Assembly (NCBI GenBank): GCA_041288095.1
Contig: JBGGMJ010000118.1
Coordinates: 1-13,056 of the forward strand
Direction: 5' to 3'
Source of the DNA: Myxococcota bacterium
GTDB lineage: Bacteria; Myxococcota; XYA12-FULL-58-9; JALHOP01
Length of the DNA: 13,056 nucleotides
Below are positions 1-8,233 of this stretch, piece by piece (the first letter of the stretch is position 1; every line of letters starts with the position of its first letter). The notes under the pieces are model-generated. The model had not been told where the DNA came from. It ran no database searches and saw only the letters and a program-made list of their open reading frames with translations. Position numbers and translations under genes: made by a program.

Positions 1-15
1 GGGGCCAAGCAAGCC

Positions 16-876
16 TCAAGCAGCGTTTAGGGGGTGTCCAACATACGGGGCGAGGATGGCGCGCGCCTCGTCGATGCCCTTGAGGTCGTAGGGCATGTCC
101 ACACCGGCGCCTCGTAGGGTGCGAATCAATACCTCGGTGGCGATGTTGCCTCGAGCCCCGGTGGCGTAAGGGCAACCGCCGATGCCACCGGCGCTGGCGT
201 CGTAGCGCACGACTCCATGGGCGAGCCCCGCGAGGACGTTGGCGCGCGCGTTGCCGAAGGTGTCGTGAAAGTGCAGCGCCACCCGCGCGGCGGGCACGAC
301 CGGCAAGAGCTCATCGAGCACCGCGCGTACTTCGTCGGGACTCGCCTTGCCGATGGTGTCGCCGATCGAAATCTCGTCGCAACCCAGGTCGGCCAAACGC
401 TTGGCGACCTCGACGACCCGCGCCGGCTGAATCTTGCCCTCGTAGGGACACCAGAAGGCCGTCGATACGTAGCCACGCGTGCGTAGGCCCTCGTGTTTGG
501 CTCGCGCCATGACCGGCACGAAGCGTTCGAAGCTGCCGTCGATGGTGGTGTTGATGTTCTTCTGATTGAAGGTCTCGCTAGCGGCGGTGAAGACCGCGAT
601 AGCGTTGACCTTCACCGAGAGCGCGCGCTCGAGGCCCTGGACGTTGGGTACCAGCGCCATGGCCACCATTCCGGGCCTGCGGACGACACGCTGGAACACC
701 AGCTCCGCGTCGGCGAGCTGCGGGATGCGCGGATGCGCGACGAAGGCGCTGACCTCGATCTCGAGCAAACCAGCGGCGGTGAGCGCGTCGACATAGGCCA
801 CCTTGACGTCGGTGGGTATCGTTCGCGCCTCGTTTTGTAGGCCGTCGCGGGGGCCTACTTCGATGACGACCGCCAT
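16..876 (-). CDS. liuE: Hydroxymethylglutaryl-CoA lyase (DRE-TIM metallolyase)
   Basis: N-terminal EVGPRDGLQNE motif, HFHDTFG metal-binding motif, GGIGGCPYATGARGNIATE catalytic Cys loop. Start moved from ORF-track 951 to ATG 876 (MAVVIEVGPRDG), which fits the family N-terminus and a promoter just upstream. Near liuBCD. Confidence 0.95.
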   Translation of the reverse strand: MAVVIEVGPRDGLQNEARTIPTDVKVAYVDALTAAGLLEIEVSAFVAHPRIPQLADAELVFQRVVRRPGMVAMALVPNVQGLERALSVKVNAIAVFTAASETFNQKNINTTIDGSFERFVPVMARAKHEGLRTRGYVSTAFWCPYEGKIQPARVVEVAKRLADLGCDEISIGDTIGKASPDEVRAVLDELLPVVPAARVALHFHDTFGNARANVLAGLAHGVVRYDASAGGIGGCPYATGARGNIATEVLIRTLRGAGVDMPYDLKGIDEARAILAPYVGHPLNAA

Positions 877-882
877 CCACTC

Positions 883-911
883 AAAATGCATCCGCCCGGC
901 CAGGGGTACAA
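883..911 (-). promoter_or_regulatory. Putative sigma70-type promoter for HMG-CoA lyase (TTGTAC-N17-CATTTT), probably leaderless
   Basis: Minus strand: TTGTAC (911-906), 17-nt spacer, CATTTT (888-883), 6 nt, then ATG at 876. No convincing Shine-Dalgarno. Confidence 0.45.
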
Positions 912-936
912 GCGTCACCGGATCGGGATGCGATCC

Positions 937-967
937 CACACAACCCACCACCCTTCGGCGCCGAATA
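937..967 (+). promoter_or_regulatory. Shared bipartite motif, copy 1 (CACACAAC-N15-GCCGAATA), sigma28-like promoter candidate
   Basis: CAAC 941-944, GCCGAATA 960-967, 10 nt before GTG 978. Aligns with the copies at 2139, 8150 and 12682. Confidence 0.55.
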
Positions 968-977
968 TCTCGACTCC

Positions 978-2120
978 GTGCAGTTCAGATTCCCAAGGCT
1001 AGCGGCGACACGCATCGCCGTTGACGGTCCTTCTTCGGCCGGAAGCCTCGCGCCGTCCAAAGGCGCTCAAATCCCACCCCGACGGGCGGAATTTCCGGTT
1101 CCTCCGCTCCCACCTCGCGGGCCACGCCTTAGCCTCCCGGGTCTCACGGGGACGCCGCCGGTCCCGCTGGTCGACCTGTCGGCTTATACGTTCAACACCC
1201 ATCGCCGGCCCGACGGGCGTCAGGTGCAAATCGAGCGCTGGGGCGAAATCGTCGTGCCCGACCTTCTCGGGCCTGGCGGCGCTGAGCTCCCGCCACTGAT
1301 CATCGACGGGCCCGAAGCGCGCTTTCAGGTCTTCGGGGACACCGGCAAGGGCAGCAAGGCGCAATTAGAAGTGGCCGCGAACATCGTGGCGCTGGCCAAG
1401 GAGCGACGCATCCACGCCAACATGCTCGTTGGCGACATCATCTATCCGCGCGGCCTGCTGTCAGCCACCGACCCCAAGCTCGTCGACCTCTATCTGAAGC
1501 CCTACGGCGCCCTCTCCGAGGTGCACCTGATGTACGGCAACCACGAATACGGCGATGGCCGGGGCGCTGGCGTGCCCGAAGCTTGGCTCGAGGCCGTGCG
1601 CACGGGCAAGGCCGGCGACGCGCGCATTCCGCAACGCTATTACAGCCGCCGCTTCCTCGTCGACGGCATGACCATCCGCGCGCTCTTCCTGGACACAGCG
1701 ACCATCGCCGTCGATCCGCTGCAACTCGCCTGGATCAAGCACGAGGTCGACAAGGGCGCGGACTACACCTTGGTGTTCGGTCACCACCCTATCTACTCGG
1801 CCGGTCTGCACGGCGTCCTCGCGCACATGGAGAAGCTGCTCTTGCCCCTGCTCGAGGGCAAAGCCGACATGTACGTCTGCGGCCACGACCACAATCTGCA
1901 GCTGCTGCGCACCGACAAGGGCCTGCCGCTCATGGTCAGTGGCTCGGCCGGCGAGGAGCGCGTCAGCTGGCGCACGCCGAAGACGGAGTTCTTCAGCCAG
2001 CGCATGGGCACCGCGTTCATCACCGTCGACCGCGAGGGCATCAATGCCGAGTGGATGAACGGCAAGACGCGCGAGTCGCTGCACAAGGCACAGTTCGCGC
2101 GGAGAAAACCGCTTCGCTGA
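978..2120 (+). CDS. Metallophosphoesterase, purple acid phosphatase/TRAP(ACP5)-like, with ~110-aa Pro-rich N-terminal extension
   Basis: All five PAP motifs are present in order: GDTG (DxG), GDIIY (GDxxY), GNHEY, VFGHH (VxxH), GHDH (GHxH). The GTG start is less certain. Confidence 0.88.
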   Translation: MQFRFPRLAATRIAVDGPSSAGSLAPSKGAQIPPRRAEFPVPPLPPRGPRLSLPGLTGTPPVPLVDLSAYTFNTHRRPDGRQVQIERWGEIVVPDLLGPGGAELPPLIIDGPEARFQVFGDTGKGSKAQLEVAANIVALAKERRIHANMLVGDIIYPRGLLSATDPKLVDLYLKPYGALSEVHLMYGNHEYGDGRGAGVPEAWLEAVRTGKAGDARIPQRYYSRRFLVDGMTIRALFLDTATIAVDPLQLAWIKHEVDKGADYTLVFGHHPIYSAGLHGVLAHMEKLLLPLLEGKADMYVCGHDHNLQLLRTDKGLPLMVSGSAGEERVSWRTPKTEFFSQRMGTAFITVDREGINAEWMNGKTRESLHKAQFARRKPLR

Positions 2121-2138
2121 CGATTTGGCGCACATCCC

Positions 2139-2168
2139 CGCGCAACCCTGGCGAGGTCGCTCCGAAAA
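2139..2168 (+). promoter_or_regulatory. Shared bipartite motif, copy 2 (CGCGCAAC-N14-TCCGAAAA)
   Basis: Lies in the 57-nt gap between the phosphatase and the next ORF and ends 9 nt before ATG 2178. The spacer is 1 nt shorter than in the other copies. Confidence 0.55.
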
Positions 2169-2177
2169 CATGACCCT

Positions 2178-3236
2178 ATGTCGCTCTCTCCGGTTTCGCG
2201 TTATGCGCAGGGTCTCGAGACCGTTGCGCCCTCGGAAGCCCCGCTAGAGGGCGCGGCACCAGCGCCCGCACCGAGCACCGCCGTCGTCGTTTGGACGCCA
2301 CCGCCCGAGCCCAGCGCCTGGCAGCGTCTGATGTGGAGCATGTTCGGCCGGCCGGAGCCGGGTCTCGACGGCCGCTTCGATCACGTGCTCGTCGACGCCT
2401 CCATGATCACCATGCCGAAGGACCAACGTCTCGCGGCCATCGTCCTGGGGCTCGCCAAGGGTGGCCGGCTCTCGGTGAAGGGGCTCTTCGAGACACTCGC
2501 GAGCGATGGGGCCGGGAGCATCAAGCCCTCGCAGGTCGACGGCGTCCGCAAGAGCATCCGCCTCGCCGCCGAGAAGCTCGAGCAACGCTCCCCGGGGGCC
2601 AAGCTCGCGGATGCCGCGAGGGTCCAACTCGACGTTCTCCGTCGCGACCTGGACGCGCTCGATAGCTTGCGAACCGAGCCGTACCGTCTGCTGCAGCGGG
2701 CTGAGGGCGGGGTCGCGTCGCTCCTCGCGCCCTTCGACGGACACCATTCCGAGCTGCAGGCGCTCCTCGCGGGTGCCGCGAGCGCCGCCGGCGCCGAGCA
2801 CGACAAGATCGAGATCATTCGCGCCGGGCTCGCGGGCCTGGTGGCGCGGCGCGACGCCGTCGGTCCGTCGGTCGACCAGCAGCTCGCCGCGATCCACACC
2901 GCCGCCCGGGAGCACAAGACGAAGGCCGCCGAAGCCGCCAGGGCGGATGAAGCGCGTGTCGCCGTGATCACGGCGCTCTCACCCGCGGAACGTGCCCGCT
3001 ATGGCGAACGCCTCGAACAAGCGGCGAAGATCGGCGCACGCTTCTCCACTCCCACGGGCAGCGCGGTACCGGCGCATGACGTTCTCGCCCATCTCGCGTG
3101 GCATGGCGTCGAGGTATCGCTCGGCGGTCCCGGCCTGTTCTCGCAGCTCTTGCGACAGCCGACCGGGCCGAGTCAGACGATCAGGGACCTGACGAGCCTC
3201 GAGGACCTGCTCAAGCGGCTGGGCGTTCCCCGCTAG
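2178..3236 (+). CDS. Hypothetical protein (352 aa), Pro/Ala-rich N-terminus, largely alpha-helical/coiled-coil body
   Basis: Long ORF filling the gap, with high-GC third-position codon usage and protein-like composition. Its stop overlaps the convergent biotin carrier stop (CTAG 3233-3236). No family recognised. Confidence 0.75.
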   Translation: MSLSPVSRYAQGLETVAPSEAPLEGAAPAPAPSTAVVVWTPPPEPSAWQRLMWSMFGRPEPGLDGRFDHVLVDASMITMPKDQRLAAIVLGLAKGGRLSVKGLFETLASDGAGSIKPSQVDGVRKSIRLAAEKLEQRSPGAKLADAARVQLDVLRRDLDALDSLRTEPYRLLQRAEGGVASLLAPFDGHHSELQALLAGAASAAGAEHDKIEIIRAGLAGLVARRDAVGPSVDQQLAAIHTAAREHKTKAAEAARADEARVAVITALSPAERARYGERLEQAAKIGARFSTPTGSAVPAHDVLAHLAWHGVEVSLGGPGLFSQLLRQPTGPSQTIRDLTSLEDLLKRLGVPR

Positions 3237-3595
3237 CTGCTCTCGAGGCGCACCAGCGTCGTCCCGAGATCGACGAGCTCGCCCTCGCTGCAGCCAACCT
3301 CCGCGACCACGCCTTCGCGGGGCGCGGTGAGCCGGTACTCCATCTTCATGGCTTCGAGCACGAGCAAGAGGTCACCCTCTGCCACCTTGGCGCCCGGCTT
3401 GGTGCGTACCTGTACGACCCTCGCGGTCATGGGCGCGACCACGGCGTCCCCGGTGCTGGCGGCGTTGCCTGCTTTCGCGGACGTGTCGGCGAAGAACTTG
3501 GCACCACCCGGGTAGCCGACCCAAACGCCTTTTGGCGTGCGCACCACGGCGACGCGCACGCGGCGGCCTTCATGCTCGATGATGCGAAAGCTCAT
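3233..3595 (-). CDS. Biotin carboxyl carrier protein (stand-alone biotinyl subunit of the methylcrotonyl-CoA carboxylase)
   Basis: EAMKM biotinylation motif and APMTARV...GDLLLVL biotinyl fold. ATG 3595 overlaps the upstream TGA (ATGA 3595-3592), so the start was moved from 3634. Confidence 0.92.
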   Translation of the reverse strand: MSFRIIEHEGRRVRVAVVRTPKGVWVGYPGGAKFFADTSAKAGNAASTGDAVVAPMTARVVQVRTKPGAKVAEGDLLLVLEAMKMEYRLTAPREGVVAEVGCSEGELVDLGTTLVRLESS

Positions 3596-5043
3596 GTGCC
3601 GGTGCTCATGCGGAACCCGCCGAGACGCTGCCACGGTGAATACACGTCGCCACCGCTCGCGGAGCTCCTGCGAACCGTGACCGCGGCGGCACGCGCCAGC
3701 TCATCGACGTAGGCCGGCACCGGCGGTTCGGGCCAGGTCGCGGTCTCGACGGTCGTCGTGAAGGTCTGCGCCGTCTTGAAGGCGTCGCTCTCGAGGAGCT
3801 GCGAAAGAAAGATCTGGTTGGTGACGACGCCGAGCACCGTGGTCGCCCGCAATGCGGCGAGCAGCCGGGTACGCGCTTCCTCGCGGGTCGAGCCGTGCGC
3901 GATGACCTTGGCCAGCAGCGAGTCGTAGGCCGGCGTCACCTCGGAGCCCTGCGCCACGCCCGCGTCGACACGCACACCGGGTAGGCGCGGCCACTCGACG
4001 ACCAGGAGCTTGCCGGTCTGCGGCAAGAAGCCGTGGTACGGATCTTCGGCGTTCAAGCGCGCTTCGATGGCGTGTCCCCGCGATGGCGGCGCTTGCTGCG
4101 GCAGCGAGCCACCGAGCGCGATCTCGATCTGCGCACGCACGATGTCGAAGCCGGTGATGAGCTCGGTGACCGGGTGCTCGACCTGGAGACGCGTGTTCAC
4201 CTCGAGGAAGTAGAAACCGCCGTCGGGGCCGACGATGAACTCGACCGTGCCCGCTGAAGCGTACTGGGCGGCTTCGGCGAGGCGCACCGCCGCGGCATGC
4301 AGCGCCTGACGGGTCTCGTCACTGATCGCGGCCGACGGACCTTCCTCGATGATCTTCTGGTAGCGCCGCTGCAGCGAGCACTCGCGATCACCGAGCGCGA
4401 TGGCGCGCTTGCCGTCACCCAAGACCTGCACCTCGACGTGGCGCGCGGGATGCACGTACTTCTCGATCTGCATGCGGTCGTCGCCGAACGCCGCTTTCGC
4501 CTCGCGCTGCGCCGCCGCGAAGGCCTCGGCGATCTGCTTGGCATCGTCGACGCGGCGCATGCCCTTGCCGCCGCCGCCGCCGGAGGCCTTCAGCAAGACG
4601 GGATAGCCGATACGATCGGCGATGCGCTGCGCCGCCGCGGGGTCTTCGATGCTCTTGTCGCCTGGCACGACGGGGACCTGAGCGCTCTCGGCGAGCTGGC
4701 GTGAGCCACGCTTGTCGCCGAGAGCGCGCATCGCTTTGGCGGACGGACCGATGAAGGTCACCTTGGCCGCGTCACAAGCCTCGACGAACTCCGCGCTCTG
4801 CGAGACGAAGCCGTAGCCTGGATGAACAGCCTTGGCGCCGGTGGCTTTCATGGCGTCGATGAGCTTGGCGATGTCGAGGTAAGCCCGTGGCTCCCCGAGG
4901 CCTATGGCGTGGTCGGCGAGCCTTACGTGCGGCGCGTCGGCATCGACGTCGGTGAAGACCGCAACCGCCTCATGACCGAGCTCGCGGATACCCGCGATCA
5001 GCCGGCACGCGATCTCGCCACGGTTCGCGACCAGGATCTTCAC
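3592..5043 (-). CDS. liuD: Biotin carboxylase (methylcrotonyl-CoA carboxylase alpha subunit, without biotin domain)
   Basis: [78 protein letters not shown] overlap with the upstream gene. Confidence 0.93.
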   Translation of the reverse strand: MKILVANRGEIACRLIAGIRELGHEAVAVFTDVDADAPHVRLADHAIGLGEPRAYLDIAKLIDAMKATGAKAVHPGYGFVSQSAEFVEACDAAKVTFIGPSAKAMRALGDKRGSRQLAESAQVPVVPGDKSIEDPAAAQRIADRIGYPVLLKASGGGGGKGMRRVDDAKQIAEAFAAAQREAKAAFGDDRMQIEKYVHPARHVEVQVLGDGKRAIALGDRECSLQRRYQKIIEEGPSAAISDETRQALHAAAVRLAEAAQYASAGTVEFIVGPDGGFYFLEVNTRLQVEHPVTELITGFDIVRAQIEIALGGSLPQQAPPSRGHAIEARLNAEDPYHGFLPQTGKLLVVEWPRLPGVRVDAGVAQGSEVTPAYDSLLAKVIAHGSTREEARTRLLAALRATTVLGVVTNQIFLSQLLESDAFKTAQTFTTTVETATWPEPPVPAYVDELARAAAVTVRRSSASGGDVYSPWQRLGGFRMSTGT

Positions 5044-5810
5044 GACCAGCTCGGCTTCTTCTTGGCGAGAAACGCGTTGAGGCCTGCTTGGCCCTCGGCC
5101 GAGACCCGCAGGTCGGCGATGAGCTGCGTGGTCATGGCGGTGTGATCGCCGCGGCCACTGACGTCGTGGATGAGCTTCTTCGCGGCACGCACGGCCTTCG
5201 GTCCGTTCGCGCGGATGGCGTCGACACAGAGCATCACCTGATCGTCGACCGATTCGCCATCGACCGCCTCGTGAATGAGACCGATCTCCTTGGCGGTGCG
5301 GGCATCGAAAATCTCGCCGGTCACGAAGTAACGGCGCGCCGGACCGACGCCGATCTTGGCGATGACGTAGGGCGAGATCACCGCCGGCACGAGGCCGAGC
5401 TTCACCTCGGTGAGCGCGAACTTCGTCTGGTCGTCGGCGATGGCGATGTCGCAGCAGGCAACGAGCCCCAGCCCCCCGCCCATGGCGGCGCCGTGAATGC
5501 GACCAATGACCGGCACCGGACAGCGATCGACGACCTCGAAAACCTTCGCCATGGTGCGCGCGTCGCTGACGTTCTGCTCGACCGAGTAGGTCGTGCTCTC
5601 CTGCATCATCGCGAGGTCCGCGCCCGCGCAGAAGACCGCGCCGTCGCCCTGCAAGATGACGACGCGCGCGCTTTCGTCGATGGACCCGAACGTTTGGATG
5701 AGCTCGTGGACGAGGGTGGTGTTGAAGGCATTGCGCACATCGGGACGCGCAAGGTTGACGGTGACGATGCCGGCGTCGCGCTCGACGCGAAGGGTTTCCA
5801 TGGGCTTCAC
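5040..5810 (-). CDS. liuC: Enoyl-CoA hydratase/isomerase, probably methylglutaconyl-CoA hydratase
   Basis: Crotonase motifs [44 protein letters not shown]. Sits between the MCC beta and alpha genes. Alternative start ATG 5801. Confidence 0.9.
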   Translation of the reverse strand: MKPMETLRVERDAGIVTVNLARPDVRNAFNTTLVHELIQTFGSIDESARVVILQGDGAVFCAGADLAMMQESTTYSVEQNVSDARTMAKVFEVVDRCPVPVIGRIHGAAMGGGLGLVACCDIAIADDQTKFALTEVKLGLVPAVISPYVIAKIGVGPARRYFVTGEIFDARTAKEIGLIHEAVDGESVDDQVMLCVDAIRANGPKAVRAAKKLIHDVSGRGDHTAMTTQLIADLRVSAEGQAGLNAFLAKKKPSWS

Positions 5811-7414
5811 ATCCTGAAGACCGGAGCGCGTCGCTCGCGCGCTTCCGCGTTCAAGGCCGCCGAGAGCGCGAGACCCACCACCTGGCGCGTCTGTGCCGGC
5901 TCGATAATGCCGTCGTCCCAGAGGAGGCTGGTGCCGTAGTACGGATCGCCTTCGCGCTCGTACTTCTCCATGACGGGCTTCATGATGGACTGCTCTTCTT
6001 CAGCGGACATCTGCTGGCCGTCGCGCGCCAGCTTCTCACGGCGCACCTGCGCCAGCACCCGCGCGGCCTGCTCGGCGCCCATGACGGACACGCGCGAGTT
6101 CGGCCAGGTGAAGAGAAAGCGCGGCAAATAGCCTCGGCCGCTCATGGCGTAGTTGCCGGCGCCGTGCGAGCCACCGATGAGCAAGGTGATGCGCGGGACC
6201 GTCGCGGTGGCGACCGCTTGCACCATCTTGGCGCCGTCTTTGGCGATGCCGCCCTGCTCGTAGCGCTTGCCCACCATGAAGCCGGTGATGTTCTGCATGA
6301 ACAGAATCGGCACGCCCCGCTGGTCGCACATGTTGATGAAGTGCGCGCCCTTCAGGGCGCTCTCGCTGAAGAGCACACCGTTGTTGGCGACGATGCCGAC
6401 CGGGTAGCCGAGCCAGCGCGCGAAGCCGCAGACCAGTGTCGCGCCATAATTGGCCTTGAACTCGTGGAAACGCGAGCCGTCGACGAGGCGGGCGATGACC
6501 TCGCGCACGTCGTAGGGATGGCGGTTGTCCGTCGGCAAGATGCCGTAGAGCTCGTCCGCGGGATATAGCGGGTCCTCGGGCTCGGCGACGTCGACGCCGA
6601 CTCGTTTCACCGTGTTCAAGGTCTCGACGATGTTGCGGCAGATGCGCAGGGCTTCGGGCTCGTCGGCCGCCAGATGGTCCGTGACACCGGAGATGCGCGA
6701 GTGCATGTCGCCGCCGCCCAGGTCCTCGGCGGTCACTTCTTCGCCAGTCGCCGCCTTCACCAGCGGCGGACCCGCGAGGTAGATGGTGCCCTGGTTCTTG
6801 ACAATGATGTTCTCGTCCGCCATCGCGGGCACATAGGCGCCGCCGGCCGTCGACATGCCGAGCACCACGGCCACTTGAGGAATGCCGCGCGCGCTCATGG
6901 TGGCCTGGTTGTAGAAGATGCGGCCGAAGTGCTCCTTGTCCGGGAAGACCTCGGACTGCAGCGGCAAGAAGGCGCCGCCCGAGTCGACGAGGTAAACGCA
7001 CGGCAGGCGGTTCTCGGCGGCGATCTCCTGCGCGCGCACGTGCTTCTTCACGGTCTCCGGGTAGTACGAGCCACCCTTCACCGTGGAGTCATTGGCGACG
7101 ATCATGCATTCGCGGCCGTGGATGATGCCGATGCCGGTGATGATACCCGCGGACGGCACTTGGCCGTCATGGCGCCCGTAAGCCGCTAGAGCGGACAGCT
7201 CGAGGAACGGCGTTTGCGGGTCGAGCAGACGCTCGATGCGGGCGCGCGGCATGAGCTTGCCGCGGCTCTCCTGGACTTTCTTGGCGTCGGCGCTGCCTCC
7301 CGCGCGCACGGCGGCGATGCGCTCGCGGAGCTGTTGCACCAAAGCTTCATGGTGCCGGCGGTTGTCGCGGAACGCTGGGTCGCCGGTGCGTACGCGGCTC
7401 TGCAACACGTCCAT
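5807..7414 (-). CDS. liuB: Methylcrotonyl-CoA carboxylase beta subunit (carboxyltransferase)
   Basis: [88 protein letters not shown]-terminal VFRM. Confidence 0.95.
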   Translation of the reverse strand: MDVLQSRVRTGDPAFRDNRRHHEALVQQLRERIAAVRAGGSADAKKVQESRGKLMPRARIERLLDPQTPFLELSALAAYGRHDGQVPSAGIITGIGIIHGRECMIVANDSTVKGGSYYPETVKKHVRAQEIAAENRLPCVYLVDSGGAFLPLQSEVFPDKEHFGRIFYNQATMSARGIPQVAVVLGMSTAGGAYVPAMADENIIVKNQGTIYLAGPPLVKAATGEEVTAEDLGGGDMHSRISGVTDHLAADEPEALRICRNIVETLNTVKRVGVDVAEPEDPLYPADELYGILPTDNRHPYDVREVIARLVDGSRFHEFKANYGATLVCGFARWLGYPVGIVANNGVLFSESALKGAHFINMCDQRGVPILFMQNITGFMVGKRYEQGGIAKDGAKMVQAVATATVPRITLLIGGSHGAGNYAMSGRGYLPRFLFTWPNSRVSVMGAEQAARVLAQVRREKLARDGQQMSAEEEQSIMKPVMEKYEREGDPYYGTSLLWDDGIIEPAQTRQVVGLALSAALNAEARERRAPVFRM

Positions 7415-7457
7415 CGCTCGCGGTCAGACCACGGCGTGGCTGGGCGCGCAAGCGGAC

Positions 7458-8015
7458 TCAGTCGCGATGCTCGACCCTCGATTGCTTGGTGAACGCGTCC
7501 TCCGGGTCGAAGCCGGCGCGCTCCAACATCCGCGAAAAAACATCATAGCGGTGCACATGGCCGGGTAGATTCACGATGAACGAACGGCCATGGTGCACAC
7601 CGATGCGGATCCACGGGACGTTGACCCGCTCTTCACCCTGGGGATCGCCGGAGTGGAAGTCGGCGTTTTCGAGCGCCGCGATCGGCACGTCGCGAGAGGC
7701 GCTGCCAAACAGCGACGGGTGCTCGAGCTCGAGGACATCACCGGGCTTGTAAAAGATGCGCTGGGTCACCTTGCGGTTATGGAGCCAGGCCCAGCCGAGG
7801 AACGCGAGCCCACCACCGGCGATGACGCTCGCCCATGCGAGCCGCTGGCCCACGGGGGCGAGCTGAGTTCCCCAGTTCATGCTGGTGAAGACGTAACCGG
7901 CCAAGAAGAATGAGAAGATTGCCGTACCGATGGCGAACAGGGCGGTCACCCGCGCTCCGGTCATCGGCTCGTTCTCGTACACCAAGACGCGATCGGCATC
8001 TTTCGAGCGGTTCAT
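7458..8015 (-). CDS. Hypothetical membrane protein, two N-terminal TM helices plus soluble beta-rich C-terminal domain
   Basis: Hydrophobic segments VTALFAIGTAIFSFFLAGYVF and LAWASVIAGGGLAFLGWAWL. Strong RBS GGGAGG just upstream of ATG 8015. Confidence 0.75.
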   Translation of the reverse strand: MNRSKDADRVLVYENEPMTGARVTALFAIGTAIFSFFLAGYVFTSMNWGTQLAPVGQRLAWASVIAGGGLAFLGWAWLHNRKVTQRIFYKPGDVLELEHPSLFGSASRDVPIAALENADFHSGDPQGEERVNVPWIRIGVHHGRSFIVNLPGHVHRYDVFSRMLERAGFDPEDAFTKQSRVEHRD

Positions 8016-8149
8016 GACGTCCTCCCACCTGGCTCTAAGCTAGGGCGTCTGGGTCCATGCGGTAGGCCCTGGGGAGCAAATCCCCAGTATTCACGGCCCT
8101 CATGGCCGCCGCTACCGACGCGTTGCGACACAGAGACGTGCTGTAGTGG

Positions 8150-8180
8150 CGCGCAACGATCGCGTAGGCGGGAACGATAC
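8150..8180 (+). promoter_or_regulatory. Shared bipartite motif, copy 3 (CGCGCAAC-N15-AACGATAC)
   Basis: CAAC 8154-8157, CGATA 8175-8179. Upstream of the 8234 orphan. Confidence 0.5.
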
Positions 8181-8233
8181 TGTTTTTGGCTCATTGCGCG
8201 CCTACGCTTGCGCGCCGTGATTCAGGAGCTCTG

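Noticed and set aside
925..937. Short palindrome GGGAT-gcg-ATCCC between the divergent liuE and phosphatase promoters
   Set aside because: 5-bp arms, single occurrence, no cognate regulator visible.
877..951. ORF-track N-terminal extension of HMG-CoA lyase (likewise the extended starts at 3634, 8490 and 8996)
   Set aside because: Family N-termini, start/stop overlaps, the lipoprotein signal and promoter positions favour the shorter starts.
5088..7189. Plus-strand ORFs antisense to liuC/liuB (283, 134, 171 aa) and the 321-aa alternative-frame ORF at 6036-7001
   Set aside because: Fully overlap confidently assigned genes; antisense or Arg-rich off-frame composition.
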